DNA of 41,978 nucleotides from a virus (Duplodnaviria; Caudoviricetes): positions 1 through 41,978 of IMG/VR virus record IMGVR_UViG_3300032234_000004; one strand, given 5' to 3'. The notes below the pieces were generated by a model that was given only the letters and a program-made list of their open reading frames with translations, was not told the origin of the DNA and did not search any database. This document shows positions 34,901 through 41,978 of this stretch, piece after piece. A program made the position numbers and the translations under genes. The stretch's first letter is position 1. Each line of letters starts with the position of its first letter.

Positions 34901-37900
34901 CTCTTTGCCAAACGCATCATGGAGATGCTTGGCTTCCGCAACCGTTTGCTTAGCCCAGAAGAACTAAAAGAAGTTGGCGGCACTTATGGCGCGGTGCTTG
35001 GTGATGTACTGACACAGATTGAGCAGATTATTAAGGCAGACCGCACCGCACCTGCTGTCGGTGTGTCTTACATGGCGAAACAAGCTAAACCAGCTAAACC
35101 AGCTATTGCTGCACCGGCTGGGGGCACTACTAACGTCAATGAACTGCGCGACACAATCCCAAGTCCGTCGTTTAAGACACGGGACATTTTTAAGACCTTT
35201 AACGCGCCTAAGTTTGTAGAGGGTGCCGTCAAGCTTCTTCAAAATGATCGTGCCGCGATAAAGAATTGGCAGCGCAGAATGTGGCTGACAGGCCGCTACT
35301 TGGCCTACGGCACAGGGTTTAACAACATCTATGACCAGATAACTTTGTCGTCTGGCAACGCGCACTGGCTCTACACCCAGTATGTTCAGGAGGGCAATGA
35401 GACTGTGCGTAAAGCGGTGGTTGACTACGCCAAGGCGCGTAAGCTTGATGTAGATACCGCCCTAAAAGAACTAGGCATGTACTCTGTGGCCCTGCATGAG
35501 GCGGAGCGTCGAGAGACATTGTATTTACGCACAGTCGATCTGACTGAAACTGAAACTCTTACTAATAAAACTACGGGTAAGGGTATCTCTCCTCGTGCGG
35601 CACGGGACGCCATCTTTGCTTATCTGGATGAACACAAGCTTGATTTGTCCGGCGCTAAGTACTTGCGGGCGCAGCTTGAAGCTATCGTTAATGACAAAGC
35701 TAACCTCGACACAAACGTAGCCCCAGACTTGCTTAACCGAGAAAGCCAGAAGTACGCTGTGGCTGGCTACACCTCAGAACAGATTAAAGCGATCAAAGCC
35801 GACTACGAAAAGCATAAGACAGAGGCTGATAAGGTATTGAACGCCCTTAAGGAAGTAAACAAAGTCACGCTTGAACTGAACGCGATGGCTAACTACATGT
35901 CTGAGTTTGCCAACAACTACATTATGTTCTACGGCTACGATAACTACGTGCCGTTCAAAGGCAAGAACTTCAACGAAGACAAAGCGGACATCTTTAACCA
36001 CGACGGGCGTAGGCTAGGCGGGGACTTCCAAGAAGACATCCACACGTTCGAAGGCCGTTTAACCGTGCCTGACAACCCAATCCTGCAAGTTATGGCAGAT
36101 GGCGCTAAGGCGGCGATGCGTGCTGGGCGCAAGGATGTAACACAAGCAATCTACAACGCTGTGAAAGAGAAAACACTTAGCGGCGAGATAATGAATTTTG
36201 GCAAAGAAGGCGAGACCAAGAAAGACTATATCGACTTCAAAGACCGTGCTAATGATGACCTGCTGCAACAACTAAAGGGTGACACCAAGATATTCCATTA
36301 CATGCCTAACGGCAGAGTAGCAATCATCCAGATTAACGACAAGCAGCAACGTGAAGCTATCCGGCGTACCTACCGCGACACTAACCCAGTAGCAGATTTC
36401 ATAATAAATAATATGAACACGCTGACTGGCAGAGTTGGGCAGATGCACACCCGCTTCAAACTTACGTTTGCCCCCGTTAACTTTGTTCGTGACGTGTTGA
36501 CTAACGCTTGGGCTATAGGTGCAGAGGGTAAAGGCTATCTTGGCCCATTGCAGTCATTCCGTTATCTCAGCGCCGTGGCTCTGAATATTGTTAACGGAAA
36601 CATGCGAAGGTCTTGGAACTTTGTACGCCTGTATTCTAAAGGTGATACGAAAAAAATTGAGGCACTAGCTAAGAATGACAGTTATTACAAAGACCTGATG
36701 GACTACGTCAAAACCGGCGGCAAGGTCTCCTACATCGCAGGTATTGCACCTAAAGGCCAGCTAGACCAACTGTTAAAGACCCCCGGCGGTAAGCTGCTTG
36801 ATACAAGCAAGATCGAACGGTTCTTCGACATTTGGATTGACACCTTTGAAATGACTTCGCGGACTACGGCCTTCCGTATTGCCAAAGCCGATGAGGTTGC
36901 AAAGCTCTCCAAAAAAGCTGGCCTTACCAAAGACGAAGTAGATACCGCTGCGACGAAGACCGCCGCTGCGTACGCCAAGAACCTTGCTAACTTCGAACAA
37001 GTGGGCGAATGGGGTAGGGCGATTGGCTCGTTATTCATGTTCTATCGTCCCTCGGCAACCGGTGCGGTGCGGGCTATGGACGCTGTTGCCCCTGCCTTTC
37101 AGAATAGAGACCGCGTTAGATTATCGCTGCCTGAATTTGCTGAAGCCGCTCAGATTAGGCACAAACTAACCGGGGATGTTACTGAAACAGAAAAGAAAAA
37201 GCTGCAAGATAAACTTGTTGTACTAGATAAAGCACTAGCTGATTTTGACAATAACTACAAACAGCTACAGCAAAGTTCAAGAATAGTCGTAGGGGCACTG
37301 ATCGGTGCCGGGGTTGCTACGTATCTCATGGCTAAAAGCAGTTCAGACGATGATGATATTGGGCGTAACAGTGTGTCTTCAGACGATATGGCGCGGTGGA
37401 CTAAGTTTGCTCGTTTCCATATACCGGGGCTTGAAGCTCCAGTTCAGCTGCCGTGGGGCTTTGGTCTAGGCGCTTTCGCAGCGTTAGGGGCTCAATTAGC
37501 TGCAATGTCAGACCCTAAGAACCCCACTAAGACAAGAGACATTCTAGGCAACATGGTGCAAATCACTCTTGACTCGTTCATGCCTTTGCCTTTTTCACGT
37601 ATCCCGATTACTGAAGAACCGGGGAAGTTTGCTATTGACTCCATCACACCAAGCGTTTTGCGCCCCATGTTTGAGTACTACATGAACACGAACGCGCTGG
37701 GTCAGCAGATATATAACAACCGGCAATCTAAGTATGGCGACGCTTACACCGGCGGGGATAACATACCTGAAGCGTATAAGTTCGCTACACGACTGTTAGT
37801 CGAGTCAACAAACGGGGCTATTAACTGGAGCCCCAACGTGATGTACTTCTTCTTCAACAACTATGCTGACGGTGCCGCAGCGTTATTCAATAGCCCAGTA

Positions 37901-38308
37901 AATATGGGGCTTTGGCTGTCTGGCAAGAAGGACTTCAACGCCCATACCGACACTATGTTATTCGACAGTTTCTTTGGCACTCGATCAAACATAGACGCTC
38001 GTCAATGGTCTAAGATTGAAAAAGACTTAGAAGACCGCGCTGCGAACATAAAAATGTTCAAGTCTGACCCAGCTCAGTACTACGAGTACCTAGCTAAGAA
38101 TCCGTTCGACGCCATGCTCACTAAGATGTACGACGGAGACGCTAATAAGCAGCTTAAAAATCTGCGGGAAGAAGCTAATAAGTGGCGCACCATGCGGGGG
38201 CTAGACTTAAAGACTAGGAAAGACCTCGTTGACAATGCTGTACTTCAACAGAACTTGCTGAAATACAGCCTGATACAGAAGTACAAAGCGTTTGGTATTG
38301 AGCCTTAA
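31901..38308 (+). CDS. Large polyvalent-type ejection protein with a zincin metallopeptidase-like domain
   Basis: 2135 aa. N-terminal Ala/Gly hydrophobic segments, HEFTH (34652-34666) with a downstream EFVAEAFSNPEFQ, and a C-terminal region with LPWGFG resembling LPD38-type domains. Confidence 0.75.
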   Translation: MPRVNIEGVGVVNFPSGMSPEDITKAIEQDILPKARGPEPEPKSEPETGFIAGAKAGFQRLLGDIEALKAANDIEGAEQKAKEYREQAARIYKQPELLEAPWEYLKGLAGQSAAYMVAPVAAGAAAAFGAPALGLGALGTSIAATGATFATSALQFSGSNLTRQLEENVSAKDLKVLNAVAASVPQAALDTLSLRMVPGLRGIFAKAGVELGEKEAAQIAKESIVINMAKSSGTEGVTEAAQQVFERAQAGLNLTDAEARKEYFDNFIGGALLGGAISVPGTIYERGKAQAQLDAKAQEEAAKISQTAVPDETGTVPPPAAPSEIQEAPPLPTFEARAPGSVSTETPDADIDPTIALTGDTTPPALPRAKKENETAEEEYLRYNEMLAAGVDSDGKALPAKRIKSIEDKLAKPKYDEFRTTKEEVADVTQLAGVDTTGDQSRPAGPASELGAPTGGVTTPDAGGMVPAGGAAESATVTTPAQPTTLEGAPSAAVTTEAAEKNFTPLATETGAEKQARKLEQAETQQLLSKLVERGVQAGKTVDQVVADAAQLMNQQLSVVDADFVRQQYDEFTQANKGAPSVAETTETVETEAQGQEQAAPAAAAAPAKRVIKLEEEKAAPTETFTPDQAAYLGMETDTRAAPATSIKEGMGYASAETAFDFYDSAYSNIKRALKERVKQENDARDAAYKEAKARGEKVSKPEKATTLDILQKMPEAELVRLFNENVSENKLTDERRAQMQARDKFIKSLSKEQQEAVRKRAVELFHREVKAVKNIGRTTTEADLRKSREQAAKEAVEKQIEEIEKPTRKAAPAKEKTGPTQIETLEQKREATIRSALESGDVGRVFAAIANERINDSITAFFARKLYDVLKTFDVQPTIVLGAVEDGRAGKYDPSTETITIDINNLGKDRLDIVALHEFTHFMADHAIDNRKSLTKEQQAAINRLDNLYRYVNAQLGKKFDIGSLKEFVAEAFSNPEFQKALGNLKPMQEGGKPQNVFSLFAKRIMEMLGFRNRLLSPEELKEVGGTYGAVLGDVLTQIEQIIKADRTAPAVGVSYMAKQAKPAKPAIAAPAGGTTNVNELRDTIPSPSFKTRDIFKTFNAPKFVEGAVKLLQNDRAAIKNWQRRMWLTGRYLAYGTGFNNIYDQITLSSGNAHWLYTQYVQEGNETVRKAVVDYAKARKLDVDTALKELGMYSVALHEAERRETLYLRTVDLTETETLTNKTTGKGISPRAARDAIFAYLDEHKLDLSGAKYLRAQLEAIVNDKANLDTNVAPDLLNRESQKYAVAGYTSEQIKAIKADYEKHKTEADKVLNALKEVNKVTLELNAMANYMSEFANNYIMFYGYDNYVPFKGKNFNEDKADIFNHDGRRLGGDFQEDIHTFEGRLTVPDNPILQVMADGAKAAMRAGRKDVTQAIYNAVKEKTLSGEIMNFGKEGETKKDYIDFKDRANDDLLQQLKGDTKIFHYMPNGRVAIIQINDKQQREAIRRTYRDTNPVADFIINNMNTLTGRVGQMHTRFKLTFAPVNFVRDVLTNAWAIGAEGKGYLGPLQSFRYLSAVALNIVNGNMRRSWNFVRLYSKGDTKKIEALAKNDSYYKDLMDYVKTGGKVSYIAGIAPKGQLDQLLKTPGGKLLDTSKIERFFDIWIDTFEMTSRTTAFRIAKADEVAKLSKKAGLTKDEVDTAATKTAAAYAKNLANFEQVGEWGRAIGSLFMFYRPSATGAVRAMDAVAPAFQNRDRVRLSLPEFAEAAQIRHKLTGDVTETEKKKLQDKLVVLDKALADFDNNYKQLQQSSRIVVGALIGAGVATYLMAKSSSDDDDIGRNSVSSDDMARWTKFARFHIPGLEAPVQLPWGFGLGAFAALGAQLAAMSDPKNPTKTRDILGNMVQITLDSFMPLPFSRIPITEEPGKFAIDSITPSVLRPMFEYYMNTNALGQQIYNNRQSKYGDAYTGGDNIPEAYKFATRLLVESTNGAINWSPNVMYFFFNNYADGAAALFNSPVNMGLWLSGKKDFNAHTDTMLFDSFFGTRSNIDARQWSKIEKDLEDRAANIKMFKSDPAQYYEYLAKNPFDAMLTKMYDGDANKQLKNLREEANKWRTMRGLDLKTRKDLVDNAVLQQNLLKYSLIQKYKAFGIEP
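33180..33359 (+). CDS. Candidate overprinted gene (59 aa) in the +1 frame of the 2135-aa gene
   Basis: GAGGAGG at 33167-33173, ATG at 33180. Leu-rich helical peptide ending SQLH. Confidence 0.5.
   Translation: MSRNLLELTQQEISLALLALHQNWEHPPEELQHLTPVEWCLLEGLLNQLLLQRQHSQLH
33360..33661 (+). repeat. 32-bp imperfect direct repeat (33360-33391 and 33630-33661), each with SD+GTG
   Basis: aaggagcgccaagtgctgctgtaaccactgaa vs aaggagcgccaagtgtcgctgaaaccactgaa, 3 mismatches. Confidence 0.85.
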
Positions 38309-38514
38309 GCGGTGCGCCACACCCTGATGCCCAGATGACCTTCCTTCTCACAGGTATAAATCTTTACCTTGATGTGGGATTTCTTGGCGGCGATGTCCGC
38401 CACGTACATCATCTGGGCAGGGCGTAGCGTGGGGATGAAGAAACTCTCCCCCACTGCCATGTAGTCATAAGGAAAAATCCACTCAGGCTCCTCCGTCAGC
38501 CTGTCCATCTCCAT
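38305..38514 (-). CDS. Small putative DNA-binding protein
   Basis: FPYDYMAVGESFFIP...GIRVWR pattern, common in small phage proteins. Likely ATG at 38514 or 38508, overlapping the primase end. Confidence 0.65.
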   Translation of the reverse strand: MEMDRLTEEPEWIFPYDYMAVGESFFIPTLRPAQMMYVADIAAKKSHIKVKIYTCEKEGHLGIRVWRTA

Positions 38515-41359
38515 CGGTTCCAAAGAAAGTATCTGGGATTTGGGTCGCAAAGACATAGGTGTTCACATTCATGTTTTTGTCAAGGATGCTCAGAGCTTGC
38601 TTCCAGCCAGCGTCGAGGCGTGATTTCTTTATATCGACCAGTATCTTTTTCTCCCGCATGTTCTGTTCGAACTCGCGTGAGCTGACACTCTTCTCAATCA
38701 AGTACTTCTTAAACTCGGTCGTCGATATGGTGACAAGCCCCGTCGCTAGGTCGATCCTGCCAACCAGACTCGTCCTCGGCTCCATCGTGACCTTGCCGTC
38801 GTTGATGCCCAAGAAGCCCGTGTAGTACTTGTTGATGAAGTCACCAACCAGCGTCGAGTAATCCGTCTCGCCGAGGTTCACCACCTTGTCCCGGATATTG
38901 ATCATCTCGGAGCAGACCTTGTTGTAAATACGTTCTAGGTCATAGTCGATGAGGCCGATCTCGTTAGCTACCGTGCCTCCTGCCATAGTTGCGCCGATGA
39001 TGTTCTCGTAGAAGCGGTAGATAGCGTCGTTGCCAAAGTCTTTCTTGAACCGCTCAATCCACTCGTCCACTATCTGTTTTAACGCTACCTCACCGTGAGC
39101 AAAATACGCGGGGATGAGTTTGCGTCCTGCATGACCGTAGTTGTACTTGAACAGGTCAAAGACCTTGGGGCCAAACCCCGGCTCGTCAAACAATAGCTGT
39201 GGTTTCATTACAAGAAACTCAACCATACGTGCCATCTGGCCCGTCGCCATAGAGTTCTTGGACATGATCATTTCCAGCAGCGGCACGTTACAGGTCATCA
39301 TGGCAATCGATGACGCTAAGAGTTCATGCTCCCGTTCAGCGTTGATCGACCCCTGCATCCTGATCTTGGCCTTACCCTGCGAGATGGCGTGAACCATCTT
39401 GCCAAGTTCTTCTATCTTACGTTCATGCGCTTCATCGACGCCGAACGCTGCGTTCTTCAGGGTGACGTACCGTTGATTCAAGCCGTTGTTTGTGGCATCG
39501 AAGACCGAGATACCGACTGGGTTACACCAGACGCTAAGGTTTGCGTACAGCGCCCCCGTCTTGCCGTTGCCTGATTTACCTGTATAACTAACGACAGCGC
39601 CCGGTGTGGACGTTAGCGGCATGAGCGGTGAACCCAGACCAATCAACGTACCGAACGCGTGCATCTCCATCGTCGGACGGTTCAACTGCTGGGCGCACTC
39701 TTTCCATACTTCAAGGCTACCCTTCGGCTCAAAGTGTTTTGAGATACTGCGAACCATAGGCGATGCAGGCGTCGGGACTATCTTGCCGTTTGATTTAATT
39801 AAGTTGTTGCCGATGACATACTCACGGCCCAGTCGGTCGTCTCCCACCGGCTCTGTCCAACCCATCTGCATCTGCATGAGTTCTGCTTCAGACTGAGTTT
39901 GTAGGTAATGTCCCCACTTCATTATGTACCTCATGATGTGTTGTAGTTTTTCTGCCCCGCCTGTTATCCCCATAAAGCCGATTGCCTTCTTAAACTCATC
40001 GGTCGCGTTCAAGCCCCGTGTAGTCAACATGAAGTCACGCGGCGCGTCTTTGGGCAACAGAAGGCGCATCATAAGAATCTCGCCGTCCAGCTTGCTGTAC
40101 ATCCGGCGTATCGGAAACAACTCGTGCGGGTATACCAGTACGGGGTCGTACTCTTTCTTGACGCCCTTCCTATCCACTGTAGGTGGTGGTTGGTAATAGA
40201 TGCCGCCGTGCTGCCCACGGAAGTACGGGAACAGTGCCTGTGGATGGTCAGGGATTACGTTTGCTGGAATATCTTCGGGATTCTCGTACTCCCGAACTGC
40301 GTCCTCTTTAGGGGCTTGGGCGATCTTGATGATTCGTCCGAGTGCAAGCGGGTTGGTGAACTTGCCTTTGTACTTGCAGGTGTCGCAGATGCCGGGGTTT
40401 TCATTGTCGAAGACTGTGCAGGAGTAGGGTTTTCCTTGCCGTAATGTTGCTTTGCGTTCCGTTTCTGCCGCATCGTATCCGGGATAATCTTCCGATAGTC
40501 TATGGATAGCAACGTCGCGGTCGATACAATGTTGTGCAATGGATAGTGCTGCTGTCCAGATAGGTTCCGGCAGAGTTGTAGAATTTTCAATCGCCCATTT
40601 AATTTGTTCGCAGCCGTCACCTTCAAGACTTCTGATAGCGATCTTTTCAAAGGAGGTCTCCTGATTGTCGAGTTTCATCAGTGCCTTAGTGTCGTCGTCC
40701 AGACCTTTAGGCAGCTTCTTCAACAGCTCTGCGGGCGTCTCTTCTACTATCCCTAAGAACTCTTTGAACTCATCGAACGAATAGACGTGGAGTTCGTCGC
40801 TGATTACTTCGCACTTACTAGGTGGTGTAGTCTTGTAATTAAATGTCTCAGGACAGCGCATGATCCGCGCCACGTCCGCTGTAACAACCGGATCAATGAA
40901 TAAGTCATTCTCAAGGCATAGTGTCTTGAACTTCTCGGCGTATGGCTTCCATTCGGCAGCGGGTATATCTCTGTCGAATAACCAGTAAGCATGTACTCCC
41001 GTGCCTGAGTCAACGATAACGGGGGGAGGTAGGCCAGCCCTTGGGATGAATGCTTGTAGTGCAATATGAGCGTCTCCCTGACTAGCGTATCCACGTCTGA
41101 GTTCTGCTTTCCCGGCCCCGACATCAAGGTCAATGAAGAATGAACGTAGGAATTGCGCGTCCTCTGCCTTGCGACTATAACCGTCGAAGGATGCAAGGGC
41201 GACGTAGACGTTAGCTTTTTCCAAGCTAAACTGTCTTGCAAGATTTTCGACATCATCTATAGACTCCGCAAATCTCTGTGTAGTGCGTTTGTTGTCTATC
41301 TTAGCTACACAGTAGACGCCCTGCGAAGGCAATGCTTTCTCGTAAAATTGTTTTATCAT
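38483..41359 (-). CDS. Primase-helicase (AEP/RepB-like primase, Cys cluster, DUF927-like region, P-loop helicase)
   Basis: FFIDLD, DSGTGVHAYW and RIMRCPETFNYK (AEP motifs). Cys cluster C...PGICDTC. Walker A GKSGNGKT and Walker B-like FGVDE. Confidence 0.85.
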   Translation of the reverse strand: MIKQFYEKALPSQGVYCVAKIDNKRTTQRFAESIDDVENLARQFSLEKANVYVALASFDGYSRKAEDAQFLRSFFIDLDVGAGKAELRRGYASQGDAHIALQAFIPRAGLPPPVIVDSGTGVHAYWLFDRDIPAAEWKPYAEKFKTLCLENDLFIDPVVTADVARIMRCPETFNYKTTPPSKCEVISDELHVYSFDEFKEFLGIVEETPAELLKKLPKGLDDDTKALMKLDNQETSFEKIAIRSLEGDGCEQIKWAIENSTTLPEPIWTAALSIAQHCIDRDVAIHRLSEDYPGYDAAETERKATLRQGKPYSCTVFDNENPGICDTCKYKGKFTNPLALGRIIKIAQAPKEDAVREYENPEDIPANVIPDHPQALFPYFRGQHGGIYYQPPPTVDRKGVKKEYDPVLVYPHELFPIRRMYSKLDGEILMMRLLLPKDAPRDFMLTTRGLNATDEFKKAIGFMGITGGAEKLQHIMRYIMKWGHYLQTQSEAELMQMQMGWTEPVGDDRLGREYVIGNNLIKSNGKIVPTPASPMVRSISKHFEPKGSLEVWKECAQQLNRPTMEMHAFGTLIGLGSPLMPLTSTPGAVVSYTGKSGNGKTGALYANLSVWCNPVGISVFDATNNGLNQRYVTLKNAAFGVDEAHERKIEELGKMVHAISQGKAKIRMQGSINAEREHELLASSIAMMTCNVPLLEMIMSKNSMATGQMARMVEFLVMKPQLLFDEPGFGPKVFDLFKYNYGHAGRKLIPAYFAHGEVALKQIVDEWIERFKKDFGNDAIYRFYENIIGATMAGGTVANEIGLIDYDLERIYNKVCSEMINIRDKVVNLGETDYSTLVGDFINKYYTGFLGINDGKVTMEPRTSLVGRIDLATGLVTISTTEFKKYLIEKSVSSREFEQNMREKKILVDIKKSRLDAGWKQALSILDKNMNVNTYVFATQIPDTFFGTDGDGQADGGA

Positions 41360-41367
41360 ATCCGCAG

Positions 41368-41397
41368 AGACAAGAAAGGCAGGATTTCTCCTGCCTT
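41368..41397 (-). terminator. Hairpin/terminator between the Cys-peptide gene and the primase-helicase
   Basis: On the minus strand, AAGGCAGGA-GAAA-TCCTGCCTT (41397-41376) followed by TCTTGTCT. Confidence 0.65.
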
Positions 41398-41420
41398 GTT
41401 AATGGGTAAAGTACTGCTAC

Positions 41421-41573
41421 TTAGTTGCAGAACGTGTTGCAGTTGTTGCCGTAGCTATCGCAGCAAGTTGTACAGTACACATACCGCCCGTTATATGAGT
41501 AGCTGTGTGAGGAACACCCAGCGTAAGCCATACCAGCAGCAGCGATTGCCCAGATTGCTATAAAGTATTTCAT
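41421..41573 (-). CDS. Secreted Cys-rich mini-protein (50 aa, not in the ORF track)
   Basis: ATGA-coupled to the upstream gene: MKYFIAIWAIAAAGMAYA-GCSSHSYSYNGRYVYCTTCCDSYGNNCNTFCN. Confidence 0.75.
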   Translation of the reverse strand: MKYFIAIWAIAAAGMAYAGCSSHSYSYNGRYVYCTTCCDSYGNNCNTFCN

Positions 41574-41884
41574 ATTGGTCTCCCAATCATGTCTTCGATG
41601 TAGGCTTTGGCTCCCTTCACGGACTTGGCTGGCAATACTCCCGCCTCCAAGTCCTTCTCTAAAAGCCTGATGAAAGCCAAAGCCATATCTTCGTTTTTAC
41701 CACGCAACACCGCGCCGCGAAACCAATTATGAACTGTTGCTCGTGAAACTTCCATCGCTTCAGCTACGTACTTAGCAGGAAGATTTGCAATGACGCAAAG
41801 CTTTGCCATCTTGTAGCCAATGCGATAAGTATCATCTGCTTCGTCCAGACTACTCAGGAACTTCGTACTATACGGGCGCGACAT
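41570..41884 (-). CDS. HTH (XRE/Cro-like) protein
   Basis: AKYVAEAMEVSRATVHNWFRG helix-turn-helix. SD aaggag. Confidence 0.75.
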   Translation of the reverse strand: MSRPYSTKFLSSLDEADDTYRIGYKMAKLCVIANLPAKYVAEAMEVSRATVHNWFRGAVLRGKNEDMALAFIRLLEKDLEAGVLPAKSVKGAKAYIEDMIGRPI

Positions 41885-41892
41885 GGCTCTCC

Positions 41893-41976
41893 TTATTTCT
41901 TAGTCCACTTCTTAATGACATCGGACGCATCGGTTGCCTGTGCCGGAGCGCGTTTGGTTGATTCACGCACCGTCGG
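41893..41976 (-). CDS. C-terminal end of a gene that starts beyond the window
   Basis: Open frame ...PTVRESTKRAPAQATDASDVIKKWTKK-stop. The stop abuts the SD of the next gene. Confidence 0.55.
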   Translation of the reverse strand, partial: PTVRESTKRAPAQATDASDVIKKWTKK

Positions 41977-41978
41977 CT

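Noticed and set aside
38559-40444. Several plus-strand ORFs opposite the primase-helicase
   Set aside because: They are antisense shadows without SD sites or motifs.
41153-41563. 136-aa plus-strand Cys-containing ORF
   Set aside because: It is antisense to the primase start and to the better-supported minus-strand Cys-peptide gene.
1-41978. Alternative genetic code or stop-codon reassignment
   Set aside because: The standard code gives near-complete coding density, and TAA, TAG and TGA are all used as coupled stops.

Overview
This window is a large part of a tailed dsDNA phage genome with a podovirus-like (P22-type) gene order. The host is probably Gram-negative, since a GH19 endolysin and Rz/Rz1 spanins are present. 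The plus strand (1-38308) carries one long, tightly coupled late operon: terminase C-terminus, portal, phage GroES, scaffold, capsid proteins, a cluster of small Lys-rich proteins, head-tail adaptors, several tail fibre genes with a 2OG-Fe(II) oxygenase, an expanded lysis cassette, a gp10-like tail hub, GNAT-like and DDxxD proteins, and three large ejection-type proteins, the last with a HExxH zincin motif. The minus strand (38305-41978) carries a primase-helicase, small regulators and an unannotated Cys-rich secreted peptide. The most notable signals are: (1) a [FYM]-x-x-G-G motif present at least 17 times in eight genes, often followed by an ADGxAx(R/K)GKT(K/R)G box, plus a GPGDGxSDSIPA...GEFV domain, which suggests an undescribed processing or packaging system for internal virion proteins; (2) a prenyltransferase-like DDxxD protein and a GNAT-like protein among the ejection genes, beside a leader-GGGG protein; (3) a multi-pseudoknot RNA after the capsid terminator; (4) overprinted genes inside the 2135-aa gene; (5) a probable ATT start codon. 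I saw no tRNA, CRISPR array or integrase. All family assignments come from motif recognition and synteny, not from database searches.
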